A DNA stretch of 64,000 bases from an uncultured delta proteobacterium (lineage in GTDB: Bacteria; Desulfobacterota; BSN033; UBA1163), in NCBI GenBank assembly GCA_963827685.1, contig CAWHBU010000005.1, positions 224,001 through 288,000 of the forward strand, in the 5' to 3' direction. Within the stretch, counting starts at the first letter, position 1. Each line of letters opens with the position of its first letter. Shown piece by piece: positions 1-10,053 of this stretch. The position numbers and the translations under genes were made by a program. Under the pieces are notes generated by a model. That model was not told the DNA's origin. It saw only the letters and a list, made by a program, of their open reading frames with translations, and made no database searches.

Positions 1-136
1 TGACGAATATCTCAACCGCCGAAAGGGATGAGGCAATCCTCGTCTCCTGAGCTATTCTATGTATTTTTAAAGTTTCTTTCCTTACCCATGAGGCCTTCTG
101 TTTTAAATATTCAAATAAATCAGAATTAGGGTTCAT
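1..136 (-). CDS. Transketolase N-terminal subunit, 5' part (runs off window start)
   Basis: Manual translation from ATG at 136: MNPNSDLFEYLKQKASWVRKETLKIHRIAQETRIASSLSAVEIFV; SSLSxVEI is typical of split transketolase N-subunits in sugar clusters. Confidence 0.75.
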   Translation of the reverse strand, partial: MNPNSDLFEYLKQKASWVRKETLKIHRIAQETRIASSLSAVEIFV

Positions 137-570
137 TCAAATCCTTTCATTAGAAATTTGTCGTTGAGATTCTTCTTTTTCTTCTAAATTCAATATATGA
201 ACCACAGCATCCTTTAAATCTCTCTTAATGAAAGTAGCATTCGTTGTCCGTTTCTCTTCTGCCCCATAACCTGTTTCGACAAGAAATGTTTTAATATCTA
301 AGCGTTTTCCAGCTTCAATATCGGTATTTTTATCTCCGATAAGAACTATTTCATCCATTTGATAATTATTTTCTTCAATAACATCCTTTAACAGCTTAGT
401 ATTGGGTTTCCTACATAAACAATCTTTTGCATACTCCGCAACAATACCATCAGGATGATGGGGGCAGTATAGCACTTTTTCTATTTTAATTCCTTCATTA
501 TTAAGACGATTCATCATAGATTATGTTAAACGGTGGAATTGTTCCATGGTAAAATAACCTTTTGTTATTC
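137..570 (-). pseudogene. gmhB: GmhB-like HAD phosphatase, N-terminus lost
   Basis: YCPHHP...CLCRKP and IGDKxTDIEAG motifs; upstream in-frame ITKGYFTMEQFHRLT then a TAA; catalytic DxD N-terminus absent. Confidence 0.8.
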
Positions 571-665
571 TCAACTTCTTTAGCGACTGGGATTAATGAT
601 AACTTATCTACTATTTTATCAAGAATAAAAACAAAAGGAATAGTCGACATTGAAACACCCATGGA

Positions 666-2111
666 GAGGGTGTGCTAAATTTAGTTGAAATTTGAGAAGT
701 GGCTCCTAAAATGGTGGTAATCTCTTACTTTGGGAAGAAAAAGAAAAACCACCAAGAAAGGAGCCAGTGATGGAGAAGATATTACGGATTGGTAGAGGTG
801 TCAAGGTTAGGCGGGCGCGGGTGAAAGAGATTTGTGATAGGGGATTGAAGCAGATGGATGTGGATATGAAGATAGAGTTAATCCAGGCATTGATCCCCGT
901 AGGGTTGTGGCATGTGAAGGAGGTTTTGGAGGAAGAAGTCAGAAGTTTAGCTGGGGAAAGATATAAGCGCCGGGGGGTTCCTGGGTATGATCGTTGGGGG
1001 AGCCAAGGGGGGTCAGTTTATCTATCGGATCAGAAGCTTCCGATCTTGGTGCCAAGGGTGAGAGATAGGCGTGGGGGGAAAGAGGTACGGTTAAAGAGTT
1101 ATGAGCGGTTACAGGAGCCTCGTGGGGCAGATGAAGGGGTATTGAGACGAGTTCTCCATGGATTAAGTTGTCGGAACTATGAGGAGTGTGCGGAAGCGGT
1201 GCCGGAGGCTTTTGGTTTGAGTGGTTCGACAATTTCGAGGCGATACATTCGAGTCAGCGCAAAAGCGCTCAAGGAGCTTTGCGAGCGTCGATTGGAGGGG
1301 TATGATTTTGTAGCATTGATTCTGGATGGGAAGAGTTTTGGTGCAGATGAGATGATTTTGGTATTGGGGATTACCGTCAAAGGGGAGAAGATTCTTTTAG
1401 GATTTATTCAGGCGGGGACGGAGAATGAGCGGGTTGGCCGGGAAATGCTCCAGGGGTTGCTGGAGCGTGGGCTAGAGATGGAAGAAGGGTTTTTATGTGT
1501 GATTGATGGATCGAAAGGGTTGAGGAAAGCGGTGTATGAAGTTTTTGGGAATAAAGCCTTGGTGCAGCGATGCCAGTGGCACAAGCGGGAGAATGTGGTG
1601 AGTTATCTTCCGAAGGCGATGCAGGCTTCGATGAGGCGGAAGCTTCAAGAGGCCTATGAGGAGCCCATCTATGAAAGGGCGAAGGAGAGACTGTTAAAGA
1701 TTCGTAAGGAACTGCAGCTGCTCAACCGATCGGCGGTCAATAGTTTAGACGAAGGATGTGAAGAGACCTTGACGCTGCATCGTTTGGGACTCCTTAGAGA
1801 ATGTGGGATCAGCTTTAAAACCACGAACTGTATCGAATCCTTGATGGCGCTCATTGGTCAGAAGACCGACAAGGTCGATTATTGGAAGAATAGTGATCAG
1901 AAGCATCGGTGGTTAGCCGCAGCCCTTTTAGATATTGAGCCGAGACTTAGAAAGGTCAAGGGTTACAGATATCTTCCACAGTTAAGAATTTCTATCCAGA
2001 GGGAGATTGCGAGACAGGGAGGAAAACAAGAAATGCCGAAGGTGGCGGAGGCGGCCTGATGAACTCAACAAGGAGCCATTATCGAATTTCAACTAAAAAA
2101 GGTATTGACTC
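666..2111 (+). mobile_element. IS256-family insertion sequence
   Basis: Imperfect terminal IRs (GAG-N11-TTTAGTTGAAATT at both ends); flanks CCCATGGA (658-665) and CCCATGGG (2112-2119) are a 7/8-identical target duplication. Confidence 0.9.
767..2059 (+). CDS. IS256-family (Mutator-type DDE) transposase
   Basis: 430 aa with LDG, IDGSKGL, QRCQWHK and TTNCIES motifs. Confidence 0.95.
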   Translation: MMEKILRIGRGVKVRRARVKEICDRGLKQMDVDMKIELIQALIPVGLWHVKEVLEEEVRSLAGERYKRRGVPGYDRWGSQGGSVYLSDQKLPILVPRVRDRRGGKEVRLKSYERLQEPRGADEGVLRRVLHGLSCRNYEECAEAVPEAFGLSGSTISRRYIRVSAKALKELCERRLEGYDFVALILDGKSFGADEMILVLGITVKGEKILLGFIQAGTENERVGREMLQGLLERGLEMEEGFLCVIDGSKGLRKAVYEVFGNKALVQRCQWHKRENVVSYLPKAMQASMRRKLQEAYEEPIYERAKERLLKIRKELQLLNRSAVNSLDEGCEETLTLHRLGLLRECGISFKTTNCIESLMALIGQKTDKVDYWKNSDQKHRWLAAALLDIEPRLRKVKGYRYLPQLRISIQREIARQGGKQEMPKVAEAA

Positions 2112-2506
2112 CCCATGGGGAATTTCCAATAAATGTGACTGGCCATGGCTTCTACTCTAAAATCAATATGCGGGATGACGGCTTTGTACTCATGCAAATT
2201 AGCATCGCCTTCTTTAAGGATGCTAACAGCAGTAGGAATAGACCAGGCAGAATCAAGAGAAAGAATGTTTATGCTGAAAAAAATGGCTGATGAAAATTAA
2301 TAAAAAAGTTGAAATTAAAATAGATATTTTACTTATATTTCGGATAAATTTAAGCATCGGATATCCTCTGAATAATGAATTTGTCGAGGATCATAATATA
2401 TTCCGGTCAGAAAGCATATAGGAATACAAATAATTTAATGGTCCATTTTCATTTGGAGTATCATATCGAATAAAGGTCGCTTTAGCCGCTAATGCATATA
2501 AATATT

Positions 2507-3212
2507 TCATTTCCATAGGATGAAGTCCCGAAAGAACTGAAAAAGAAATGTTGCGCCCCATTTCCATATTCTAAGTTTCCTCTCTCCACCTATTCGAGCA
2601 GGTTCATCAGCGGGAATTTCGGCAATTTTCAGCTTCCTTTTGGCCGCCCTGGCTGATAAAAGCGGTTCCCAGCTAACCAGGCAGCCAAATAATTTTTCCG
2701 GAGTGGAATACCATTTCTCTTTGTCGAGTTCCAATTCTTTAATCAGGCTCACCTTGTAGACCCGGTAAATACCCATGGCATCTGTATAGGAGCCACCAAA
2801 TAATAGATTGATAAATCGAGTAAAAAACCAATTTCCAAAGCCTGTAATGAAATCATCATCATCGCTCTTGGCGTTGCCGAGATACCGGGAAGCGATAACC
2901 ATATCGTAGCCTTCCTTCATCTTGGCGATTAAGTCCGGAATAGCCTCTGGAATGCTGTTCCCATCCGGGCTGAAGGTAATGATCACGTCGCCTTTAATCA
3001 TTGGAAACACTTCCAGATAGGCCTGGCGGATTCCAGGCTTCTGCTGAACATGAACAAAATAGCCTTGCCGCCTGGGCATACTCAACCGTGCCATCTTGCG
3101 AACCACCATCGACAATCAAAATTTGATCACACCACTCTTTATGGATGCGCGGCATAATAGCCTTCATGCCATCAATCTCGTTAAGACAAGGTATAACTAA
3201 AGTTGTCTTCAT
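2507..3212 (-). CDS. GT2 (DPM1-like) glycosyltransferase, split by a +1 frameshift near 3075
   Basis: ORF 2994-3212 gives the N-terminus (VIPCLNE...VDGGSQDGT); ORF 2507-3115 gives SPDGN, DMVIASRY, TDAMG. Confidence 0.85.
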
Positions 3213-3556
3213 TAGTCACCTTCAATTCCTATTCGGAAAAGGGGTTTGACATTCTGCAAACATTCCGTCCCCTCAGGGCACTCCATTTTTGCCTTCACAA
3301 TTTTCGGGCTGCACGGGGAAAGTTTGGATTTTTCCGATGGCTTCATAAAGAGGCCCGCTCCTGAAAAAAATTCAGTCTCCGATATCGTGGCAATGATTTG
3401 GTCATCTGAAACAACGATAAAACCATTCTTTGATTCTATATTCTTGATTGTTTTGGCATCTGCTTGACTGCAGAAAAAGTTTTTGCCAACCATGCCCGTA
3501 ATGCCGCCATCCTTGAATTGTCGTAGATGGCATTCGCTTTTACCAATTACTAAAAA
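3212..3556 (-). pseudogene. C-terminal fragment of an unidentified gene
   Basis: Frame stays open upstream of the called Met; its stop overlaps the next ATG; family not recognised. Confidence 0.35.
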
Positions 3557-3558
3557 GC

Positions 3559-3996
3559 TTAAGTTGTTTCTATCTTGGTAGTCCAGAATAATTGAATCGC
3601 CTTTCGATTCGCTGCTCTAAATCCAGAAGTTCCGATAAAACGCGAACCGATGGCCACATCAACCTTCTTCTCTTCCAAAGCCTTAAGGAGTTTGCCAATC
3701 TCTTTCGGAGCATGTTGACCATCGCCATCGACCTGTATCGCAATATCATAACCTTTCTCATGGGCGTACTGGTATCCCGCTTGCATGGCTCCACCGATCC
3801 CCAGATTAAAAGGGAGATCCAGGACCATTGCGCCGCAGGCCTTGGCTTTTTCTGAAGTGAGACCCGTGGACCCATCATTCACCACCAGCATCTCCCCCTG
3901 TGGGGGATGGGTATGAACCTCTTCAACCACTTTTCCAACCGAGCCCTCTTCATTGTAAGCAGGGATAATCACTAAAATGTTTTGTCCATTTCCCAT
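3559..3996 (-). pseudogene. GT2 (DPM1-like) remnant with internal deletion and truncation
   Basis: IIPAYNEE, NDGS, QVDGDGQH; GSRFIG is joined directly to TSGFRA; ORF ends early. Confidence 0.75.
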
Positions 3997-4494
3997 AAAA
4001 ATAATTATTTCTACCAAAATTATTCGACTTTATCAAATTAAAAACAAGGGGCTACGGACGAAAGAAGAAACAAATCTTGAAATTGTCCTTGAAAAGTATC
4101 CGGGTGAGCATTTGGCAAGAGGACTTGTGACTGCAGGAAGGATGGATGAATCGAAGTTGCGGGGGCAAAAATTTTGCCCCCCATTTCTGATAAACTAAAA
4201 TTCTTATCGAGGACGCCTCGCTCCCAGGAATAGGCTCAACTTTCATAGCCAGATATCCCCACAAGTTGACCGCCTGACAGGGTGCTCATATATCGCTGAC
4301 CGTAATTCAGCCGAGTAAATTGTACCTCTCCCGTGCGGGGGTCAGAGAATATTTCCGTCAGCACCTCCCGCTGCCGATAGGCATCAAACCAGGTTCCACC
4401 GCTCCATGCGCTGCCGGCCCATTGGAACTCCAGCCAAATAAAAATCGGCTAACCCAGATATGCTAATTTTGCCAAGGACTCAGACAGTTTCTGT

Positions 4495-5391
4495 TTAGTT
4501 AAACAACTTCGATAAATTAAGATAACCTGTAATGGCTGGGTCCAATAAGAATATTTTATATTTTAGAGAAAAACAGAAGATAATGTCCCACAAAGCAAGA
4601 AGTCTTTCCTTTCTTGTTAATTTAGAACTTTGTATTAACTTCCAATGCTCTATAGCCAATTTGGTAAAAGGGAAAAAAGAGGCTCGTGGGTCATCAGGGA
4701 GAATCGCTTCAAAAACAGCCTTCACTTTTTTTACAACATTTCCGCTTCGAATACTTATTTTAAAGAGAACTAAAGGTAATTGAAAGAATTCACCCATTAA
4801 ACTTAACTCTGCAAGTAAAAGATTGTCAGGCCCGAATACGTTCCTAAAAAGCCCAGTTTTTCTTAAGACGCGACTTCGGATAAGACCGTATATGCTCGCG
4901 CATGAATTATTCCACAATATCTTGCGAAACCTTCTATTAAGGGACATCCCTATCGTACTAAAATTGTCTTGTAACCGTCCGTAACCTCCTTTTTCGGCTA
5001 ATAATGCATCGGTACAGCATAGAATCACATTTGGATATTTCTCCATAATCTTTAAACAGGAGCTAATATAACTAGGCTCCTTAAAATCATCATGGGCATG
5101 CCACATGAAATATTCACCATGAGATAATTCAAAAACTTTATTAAAATTTTTTATTGCTCCCACATTCATTTCATTTCTGAAATAACGGACCCTCTTATCC
5201 CTTGCCCTATAATCCAAACATATCTCTTCCGTTGAATCGGTGGAATGGTTATCTGAGATAATCAATTCGAAATGCTCGTAATCCTGGTTTAACAGTGAAT
5301 CCAAGGCCTGACATATAAACTTCTCTGCATTATATACAGGGAAACCGATATTAACCAATGGTTTGCCTTCACCCATACATAATCCATTCAT
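4495..5391 (-). CDS. GT2 glycosyltransferase
   Basis: PVYNAEKFI, ISDNHSTD, WHAHDD motifs. Confidence 0.9.
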   Translation of the reverse strand: MNGLCMGEGKPLVNIGFPVYNAEKFICQALDSLLNQDYEHFELIISDNHSTDSTEEICLDYRARDKRVRYFRNEMNVGAIKNFNKVFELSHGEYFMWHAHDDFKEPSYISSCLKIMEKYPNVILCCTDALLAEKGGYGRLQDNFSTIGMSLNRRFRKILWNNSCASIYGLIRSRVLRKTGLFRNVFGPDNLLLAELSLMGEFFQLPLVLFKISIRSGNVVKKVKAVFEAILPDDPRASFFPFTKLAIEHWKLIQSSKLTRKERLLALWDIIFCFSLKYKIFLLDPAITGYLNLSKLFN

Positions 5392-5424
5392 TATCCCATA
5401 TTAAGAACACTTTGGGACCCTCTA

Positions 5425-6189
5425 TCAAATTCTTCTTAAAAAGGCTCCGGGCCATTGAGTGATTCGTTTCTTAAATTCACTTTCATTAAAACGCCAAACG
5501 GGTTCTTCCACAATGAATTCTGGATGTTTTTTGATAAACTCAACAACTGCCGCACCCGGATTATCCCAAGCCCATTCCTCCTTACCACGTGGCACCTCAA
5601 CCAAGTCCTTAATAATCCCGTCTGTAGCAATGATATAGGAGCCGGAGGTGATCAGATCATGATAACCCTCTAACTCCTTAAGAACATGTTCCTTTTTATG
5701 GCTCGAATCGAGGATGACCAATACTGATTCAGGAGGTTTGATGAAAGACTTGACTCGCTCAATGATTTCGGAGGCTATGGAACTGCCTTCCACTAACGTG
5801 ACCAGAGGGGATAGCTCATGAGTTTCGATTGCCTTGCGATTGTGTGGCCGAATTTCAATATCAATACCAATCACCCGACCTTTACCCATTGCTTTGCACA
5901 GACTCGCATAAAACACCAGAGAGCCCCCATGAGCGATTCCTGTTTCAATGATGACATCAGGTTTAACTCGATAGATCACTTCCTGCACCCGAATCATATC
6001 TTCAGGAATCTGGATGATGGGCCGTCCCATCCAAGTAAACGTATAAGAATACTTTTGATTCCAAGCCACCTTCAGCCACAGTTCAGAGATCAACTCGAAT
6101 GCTTCATCCGTATAAAACCCTAAAATACGTCGATTCCCCTCAATTTCCTGTATCAGCTTTCCTTCCTTCGTATCAATGATGAGCTTCAT
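5425..6189 (-). CDS. CmcI/cephalosporin-hydroxylase family protein (probable sugar O-methyltransferase)
   Basis: TWMGRPIIQxPEDM, IIETGIAHGGSL, VILDSxH motifs. Confidence 0.9.
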   Translation of the reverse strand: MKLIIDTKEGKLIQEIEGNRRILGFYTDEAFELISELWLKVAWNQKYSYTFTWMGRPIIQIPEDMIRVQEVIYRVKPDVIIETGIAHGGSLVFYASLCKAMGKGRVIGIDIEIRPHNRKAIETHELSPLVTLVEGSSIASEIIERVKSFIKPPESVLVILDSSHKKEHVLKELEGYHDLITSGSYIIATDGIIKDLVEVPRGKEEWAWDNPGAAVVEFIKKHPEFIVEEPVWRFNESEFKKRITQWPGAFLRRI

Positions 6190-7408
6190 ATTCTCCTTTC
6201 GTTAGGTCCATTAAGCTAATTAATTGAATATCCAAGTGATCTCTCTCTATCAAGCCCAAATTTTCTTGGTGGTAATTTGGATTCATTAAGATGACAGTGT
6301 TTACACGGTATCTCATCATCTCTTGGTATCCAACAATCGGATGCCCTGTCCCTGGAATATAGTGTCCTTGTTTTTGGGGATTTAAATCCACCACACAGGC
6401 AATCCAGTGCCGCTCGGGATCAATTAAGTTCGCTAAGGTTACCCCCTTGGCTCCTGCTCCCCACAGAGCCAGTCCCCCTTTGGAAGCAAATGTTCGGACC
6501 TTCTCCTGCAACACTTTCTTAAGCTCATGCTCGGACTTGGCAAATTCCCTCGCAAGATTGGGTATATGACCAGCCCTCTTGGCCACAAATGGCTTTTGAT
6601 CACTCGCCGTAGCTTCTGCCCAAAGATACTGCTTTTCAAATACATTCCGAATGCTTCCCACGCGAAATCCTGTTGCTTCAAATGCCGTGGTTAAAGAATC
6701 GGCAGTAAAATACGAACAATGTTCATAAAAGAAGTCCCAAAAAACTCGGTGATACAGGATCCATTCCCCACAAGGGGTTTCGAGAAAAACCTTTGCCTGC
6801 GGTGAATGCATCAACGTCCTCTTGATGGTGGCGAGTAGCGTTAGAGGGTCTGGGACATGTTCAATCACATGGCGACAAATCACCACATCGGCAGGAATCT
6901 CTGTATGTTCTGGTCCGTAGTAGCGCTTTTCGAATTTCAGGCGTCCCTCCAGATCGATCTCTGGGCCTGTGTAACTCGGGTCAAATCCATATCCTCTATT
7001 TCCAGATCCTGGTACCTGGACGAGTTTTCTCAAAAATAAACCTTTTCCGCAACCGACTTCGACAATCTGGCAATTTTGGATCCCCTTCTCAAAAACCAAA
7101 TAGTCAACAAGTTCCTCAATGTACTTGATAAATAGGAGAGAGTGTGTTTGTGTATTATCATAATCTTGACCGTACCCGACTTTGGCGGGGTCAAACGTTT
7201 GGTTAAAAAAAAACCCGCACTCATTACAAACCGCTAAGGTAAGGTTACCACGAGGTACAACTTCAGCAGTTTTTTGGTCACTGATTAGCAGGTTCTGAGA
7301 AACGGGAACTCCTTTACGCCGTAGAAAAGGGGAAATATGCGGTGAGCAACATACAGGACAGTAATTTTGAGGCATCACTTTTTCCTGGAGAGGTGTTCCT
7401 GCCACCAA
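6173..7408 (-). CDS. NDP-hexose C-methyltransferase-like protein
   Basis: N-terminal CxxC...CxxC, VEVGCGKG, FYEHCSYF, WGAGAKG and IPGTGHPI. Confidence 0.85.
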   Translation of the reverse strand: MVAGTPLQEKVMPQNYCPVCCSPHISPFLRRKGVPVSQNLLISDQKTAEVVPRGNLTLAVCNECGFFFNQTFDPAKVGYGQDYDNTQTHSLLFIKYIEELVDYLVFEKGIQNCQIVEVGCGKGLFLRKLVQVPGSGNRGYGFDPSYTGPEIDLEGRLKFEKRYYGPEHTEIPADVVICRHVIEHVPDPLTLLATIKRTLMHSPQAKVFLETPCGEWILYHRVFWDFFYEHCSYFTADSLTTAFEATGFRVGSIRNVFEKQYLWAEATASDQKPFVAKRAGHIPNLAREFAKSEHELKKVLQEKVRTFASKGGLALWGAGAKGVTLANLIDPERHWIACVVDLNPQKQGHYIPGTGHPIVGYQEMMRYRVNTVILMNPNYHQENLGLIERDHLDIQLISLMDLTKGEYEAHH

Positions 7409-8292
7409 TGTATTGTTTGATTTAGTCCTTCATCTAAATCGAATTCAGGTGACCAACCCAATCGATCTTTTAGAAATCTGACATCCGCCACCACAAGTGG
7501 AGGCTCATTGGCTGGGGCAGGGTTTTCACCAAATTCGATCAAATTATTTCCATTTAATTTTCCTCCAATTTTACAGATGATGTCTTTGAGGGCCACCGGG
7601 GTCCCCGAGGCAATATTGACGGCTCCTGTGATCTCTTTTTCTAACAAGGTGATAAATGCCCGGGCGGCATCCTGAACATAAAGGAAATCCCTAATTTGAT
7701 TACCTTCTGAACAACGTGCAGGTTCCCCTCGCAAAAGGGAGCGAATCACAGAAGGAACCAGCCTTTCGGGGTGCTCCCCGGGACCATAGAGAAAGAAGAG
7801 GCGTCCCCAGACTACACTGACATCCATCTGCCTTGAAAAAGCCTCTGCCATGATGTGAAGAGAGTGTTTGCATACCCCATAAAGCGTAGATGGTCTTATA
7901 GGTGTAATGTTTTCAGAGCAATAACCGTATTGCCAGTCGTATTCTGCGCAGGTTCCAGCTATAACGACACGATATCCACCCAGCTTAACAAAGGACGATA
8001 ACAATACGAGGCTCGATTGAACCCAGCGTAAGTTCTCTAAAGACGTCCAGTATTCCCCATGGGCTGTAAACCAAGCAAAGTGTAAGAGGTGCGTTGGTTT
8101 CACCTTTTCCAAAAGCGCTGAAACATCTCCTGAATCCAGCAGGTCACAATGGTGCCAATGGATATCAGGAAAACCGTCAATCGAACCCCTTGAAGTGACT
8201 GCGTGAACTTCATAACCCTTATCTAATAATAAGGGTAGACAATGACGACCGATAAATCCAGTTGCTCCGGTAACCAAAACCCTTTTCATCAT
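7375..8292 (-). CDS. NAD-dependent epimerase/reductase (extended SDR)
   Basis: TGATGFIG and YGVCK (YxxxK). Confidence 0.9.
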   Translation of the reverse strand: MMKRVLVTGATGFIGRHCLPLLLDKGYEVHAVTSRGSIDGFPDIHWHHCDLLDSGDVSALLEKVKPTHLLHFAWFTAHGEYWTSLENLRWVQSSLVLLSSFVKLGGYRVVIAGTCAEYDWQYGYCSENITPIRPSTLYGVCKHSLHIMAEAFSRQMDVSVVWGRLFFLYGPGEHPERLVPSVIRSLLRGEPARCSEGNQIRDFLYVQDAARAFITLLEKEITGAVNIASGTPVALKDIICKIGGKLNGNNLIEFGENPAPANEPPLVVADVRFLKDRLGWSPEFDLDEGLNQTIHWWQEHLSRKK

Positions 8293-8816
8293 ATAAAGTC
8301 TGGGTATTGCTGATCCCCTATGGAGATAATTTGAACATCACCCGGCCAAAAGATCCCAAACGCTGGGTCATTCCAACGTACTCCCCTGGCCCACTCAGGA
8401 TGATGGAACTCGGACATCTGATACAAGACTTCCGTATGATCCTCCAAGGTCTGAAAACCATGTGCAAACCCCTCGGGAATATAGAGAATCCGGCGATTCT
8501 CTTTCGTCAATTGTACCGCTATCCATTGCTTGAAAGTAGACGAATCCGGTCTCAGGTCGATGATCACATCATAGATTGCGCCCATAGTGCAACGCACAAG
8601 TTTGGCTTCCTCATAGGGGGCAGCCTGATAATGCATGCCGCGGAGTGTTCCCTTTTTTTCGTTATAAGAAATATTACACTGGGCAATATTTGGATTTAAG
8701 CCATACTCCTTGAACTCTTTCGCACAGAAACTGCGGGCGAAAAACCCTCTTTCGTCCTCGATGGGGCTTATTTCAATAACATAGGCCTCTTTAAGTTTTG
8801 TTTCATTAAAGATCAT
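8289..8816 (-). CDS. rfbC: NDP-4-keto-6-deoxyglucose 3,5-epimerase
   Basis: DERGFF, GTLRGMHYQ, IPEGFAHGF. Confidence 0.95.
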   Translation of the reverse strand: MIFNETKLKEAYVIEISPIEDERGFFARSFCAKEFKEYGLNPNIAQCNISYNEKKGTLRGMHYQAAPYEEAKLVRCTMGAIYDVIIDLRPDSSTFKQWIAVQLTKENRRILYIPEGFAHGFQTLEDHTEVLYQMSEFHHPEWARGVRWNDPAFGIFWPGDVQIISIGDQQYPDFI

Positions 8817-8817
8817 C

Positions 8818-10041
8818 TTAAATCACTTCTATTTTTGGAATTGGGCTGACAAACTTTCCACCCCACTGCCTGATGAAGGCCATCTGCTCCATAATTTCGT
8901 CTTTGAGATTCCACGGCAAGATGAACAAATAATCTGGTTTTGTCTCCTTGACCTTATTCGGTTCTTCAATGGGAATATGGCTTCCGGGGAGGAAGTGTCC
9001 TTGTTTGTACGGATTTCTATCCACTGTGTAATCAATAAAATCTCTTTTAATCCCACAGTAATTCAGCAATGTGTTCCCTTTTGCAGGGGCCCCGTAACCC
9101 ACAATCCTTTTGCCATCCCTCTTTGCCTGGATCAGAAACTTCAGAATGTCGATTTTGATCGCTTCCACTTTCTCTTGAAAACCGAGATAATGATGAATAT
9201 GTGCGTAACCGGCCTCCATTTCTTTTTGCTTCAACCGATGAACTCGCTCAGCAACCGGTCTCGTTTTGTCTTCCGTGTGCCGTGCATAAATCCGGAGAGA
9301 ACCCCCGTGGGTGGCCAATTCATCCACATCAAAGAGGGTAAGGCCATGGGCATGAAAAATCTTATCGACCGTTAGGAATGAAAAGTAAGAGAAATGCTCA
9401 TGATAAACCGTATCAAACTGCGTTTCCTCTATGAGCCTCAACAGATGAGGAAATTCCATGGTAATAATCCCGCGAGGCTTCAAGAGTATCTTCAATCCCG
9501 TGACAAAATCGTTCAGGTTTGGCACATGAGCCAGTACATTATTTCCCAACAAAAGGTCCGCATGCTTCCCCTCAGAAGCCAGTCGTCTTGCTGTCTGGGT
9601 TCCAAAAAATACGATTTCTGTGGGGACACCTTTTTGCTTCGCGACTTCTGCAACATTACGAGCTGGTTCGATTCCAAGTACCGGTATCCCCTTTTCTGCA
9701 AAATATTGTAATAAATAACCATCATTGCTGGCAATCTCAACCACAAAAGAATTCCTATCGATTCGAAAAAGACGGATCATGGAATCTACATATTCTTTAG
9801 CATGTTTTAGCCACGTGTCCGAGTAAGAAGAAAAATAGGCATAATCACCAAAGATATTCTCTGGAGTTTCATATTCTTGCAATTGGACCAAAAAACAGGA
9901 GTCACAGACATAAACCTCTAATGGATAAAACACTTCTTTTTCACGCAATTGTTCTCTTGTAAGATAAGAATTCGAAAGCGGAAAGGAACCGAGAGATAAA
10001 AAGAGGTGTGTGAGGGGTTGATTACAGAATCGACACTGCAT
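8818..10041 (-). CDS. NDP-hexose C3-methyltransferase (TylC3/EryBIII-type)
   Basis: CRFC, YAYFSSYS, EIASNDGYLL, YHEHFSYFS, YGAPAKGNTLLN. Confidence 0.92.
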   Translation of the reverse strand: MQCRFCNQPLTHLFLSLGSFPLSNSYLTREQLREKEVFYPLEVYVCDSCFLVQLQEYETPENIFGDYAYFSSYSDTWLKHAKEYVDSMIRLFRIDRNSFVVEIASNDGYLLQYFAEKGIPVLGIEPARNVAEVAKQKGVPTEIVFFGTQTARRLASEGKHADLLLGNNVLAHVPNLNDFVTGLKILLKPRGIITMEFPHLLRLIEETQFDTVYHEHFSYFSFLTVDKIFHAHGLTLFDVDELATHGGSLRIYARHTEDKTRPVAERVHRLKQKEMEAGYAHIHHYLGFQEKVEAIKIDILKFLIQAKRDGKRIVGYGAPAKGNTLLNYCGIKRDFIDYTVDRNPYKQGHFLPGSHIPIEEPNKVKETKPDYLFILPWNLKDEIMEQMAFIRQWGGKFVSPIPKIEVI

Positions 10042-10053
10042 CTTGAATGACCC

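Larger units (their letters stand above)
571..2357 (-). pseudogene. Membrane protein gene (putative GT-C-like) interrupted by IS256 and truncated
   Basis: ATG at 2357 with GAGG RBS. Reads MLKFIRN...DSAWSIPTAVSILKEGDANLHEY...HIYWKFPMG to the IS and resumes in frame on the other side as MGVSMSTIPFVFILDKIVDKL. Needs one extra A removed from the A7 run at 2277-2283. Confidence 0.65.

Noticed and set aside
2105-2290. 61-aa plus-strand ORF after the transposase
   Set aside because: Antisense shadow of the interrupted membrane gene
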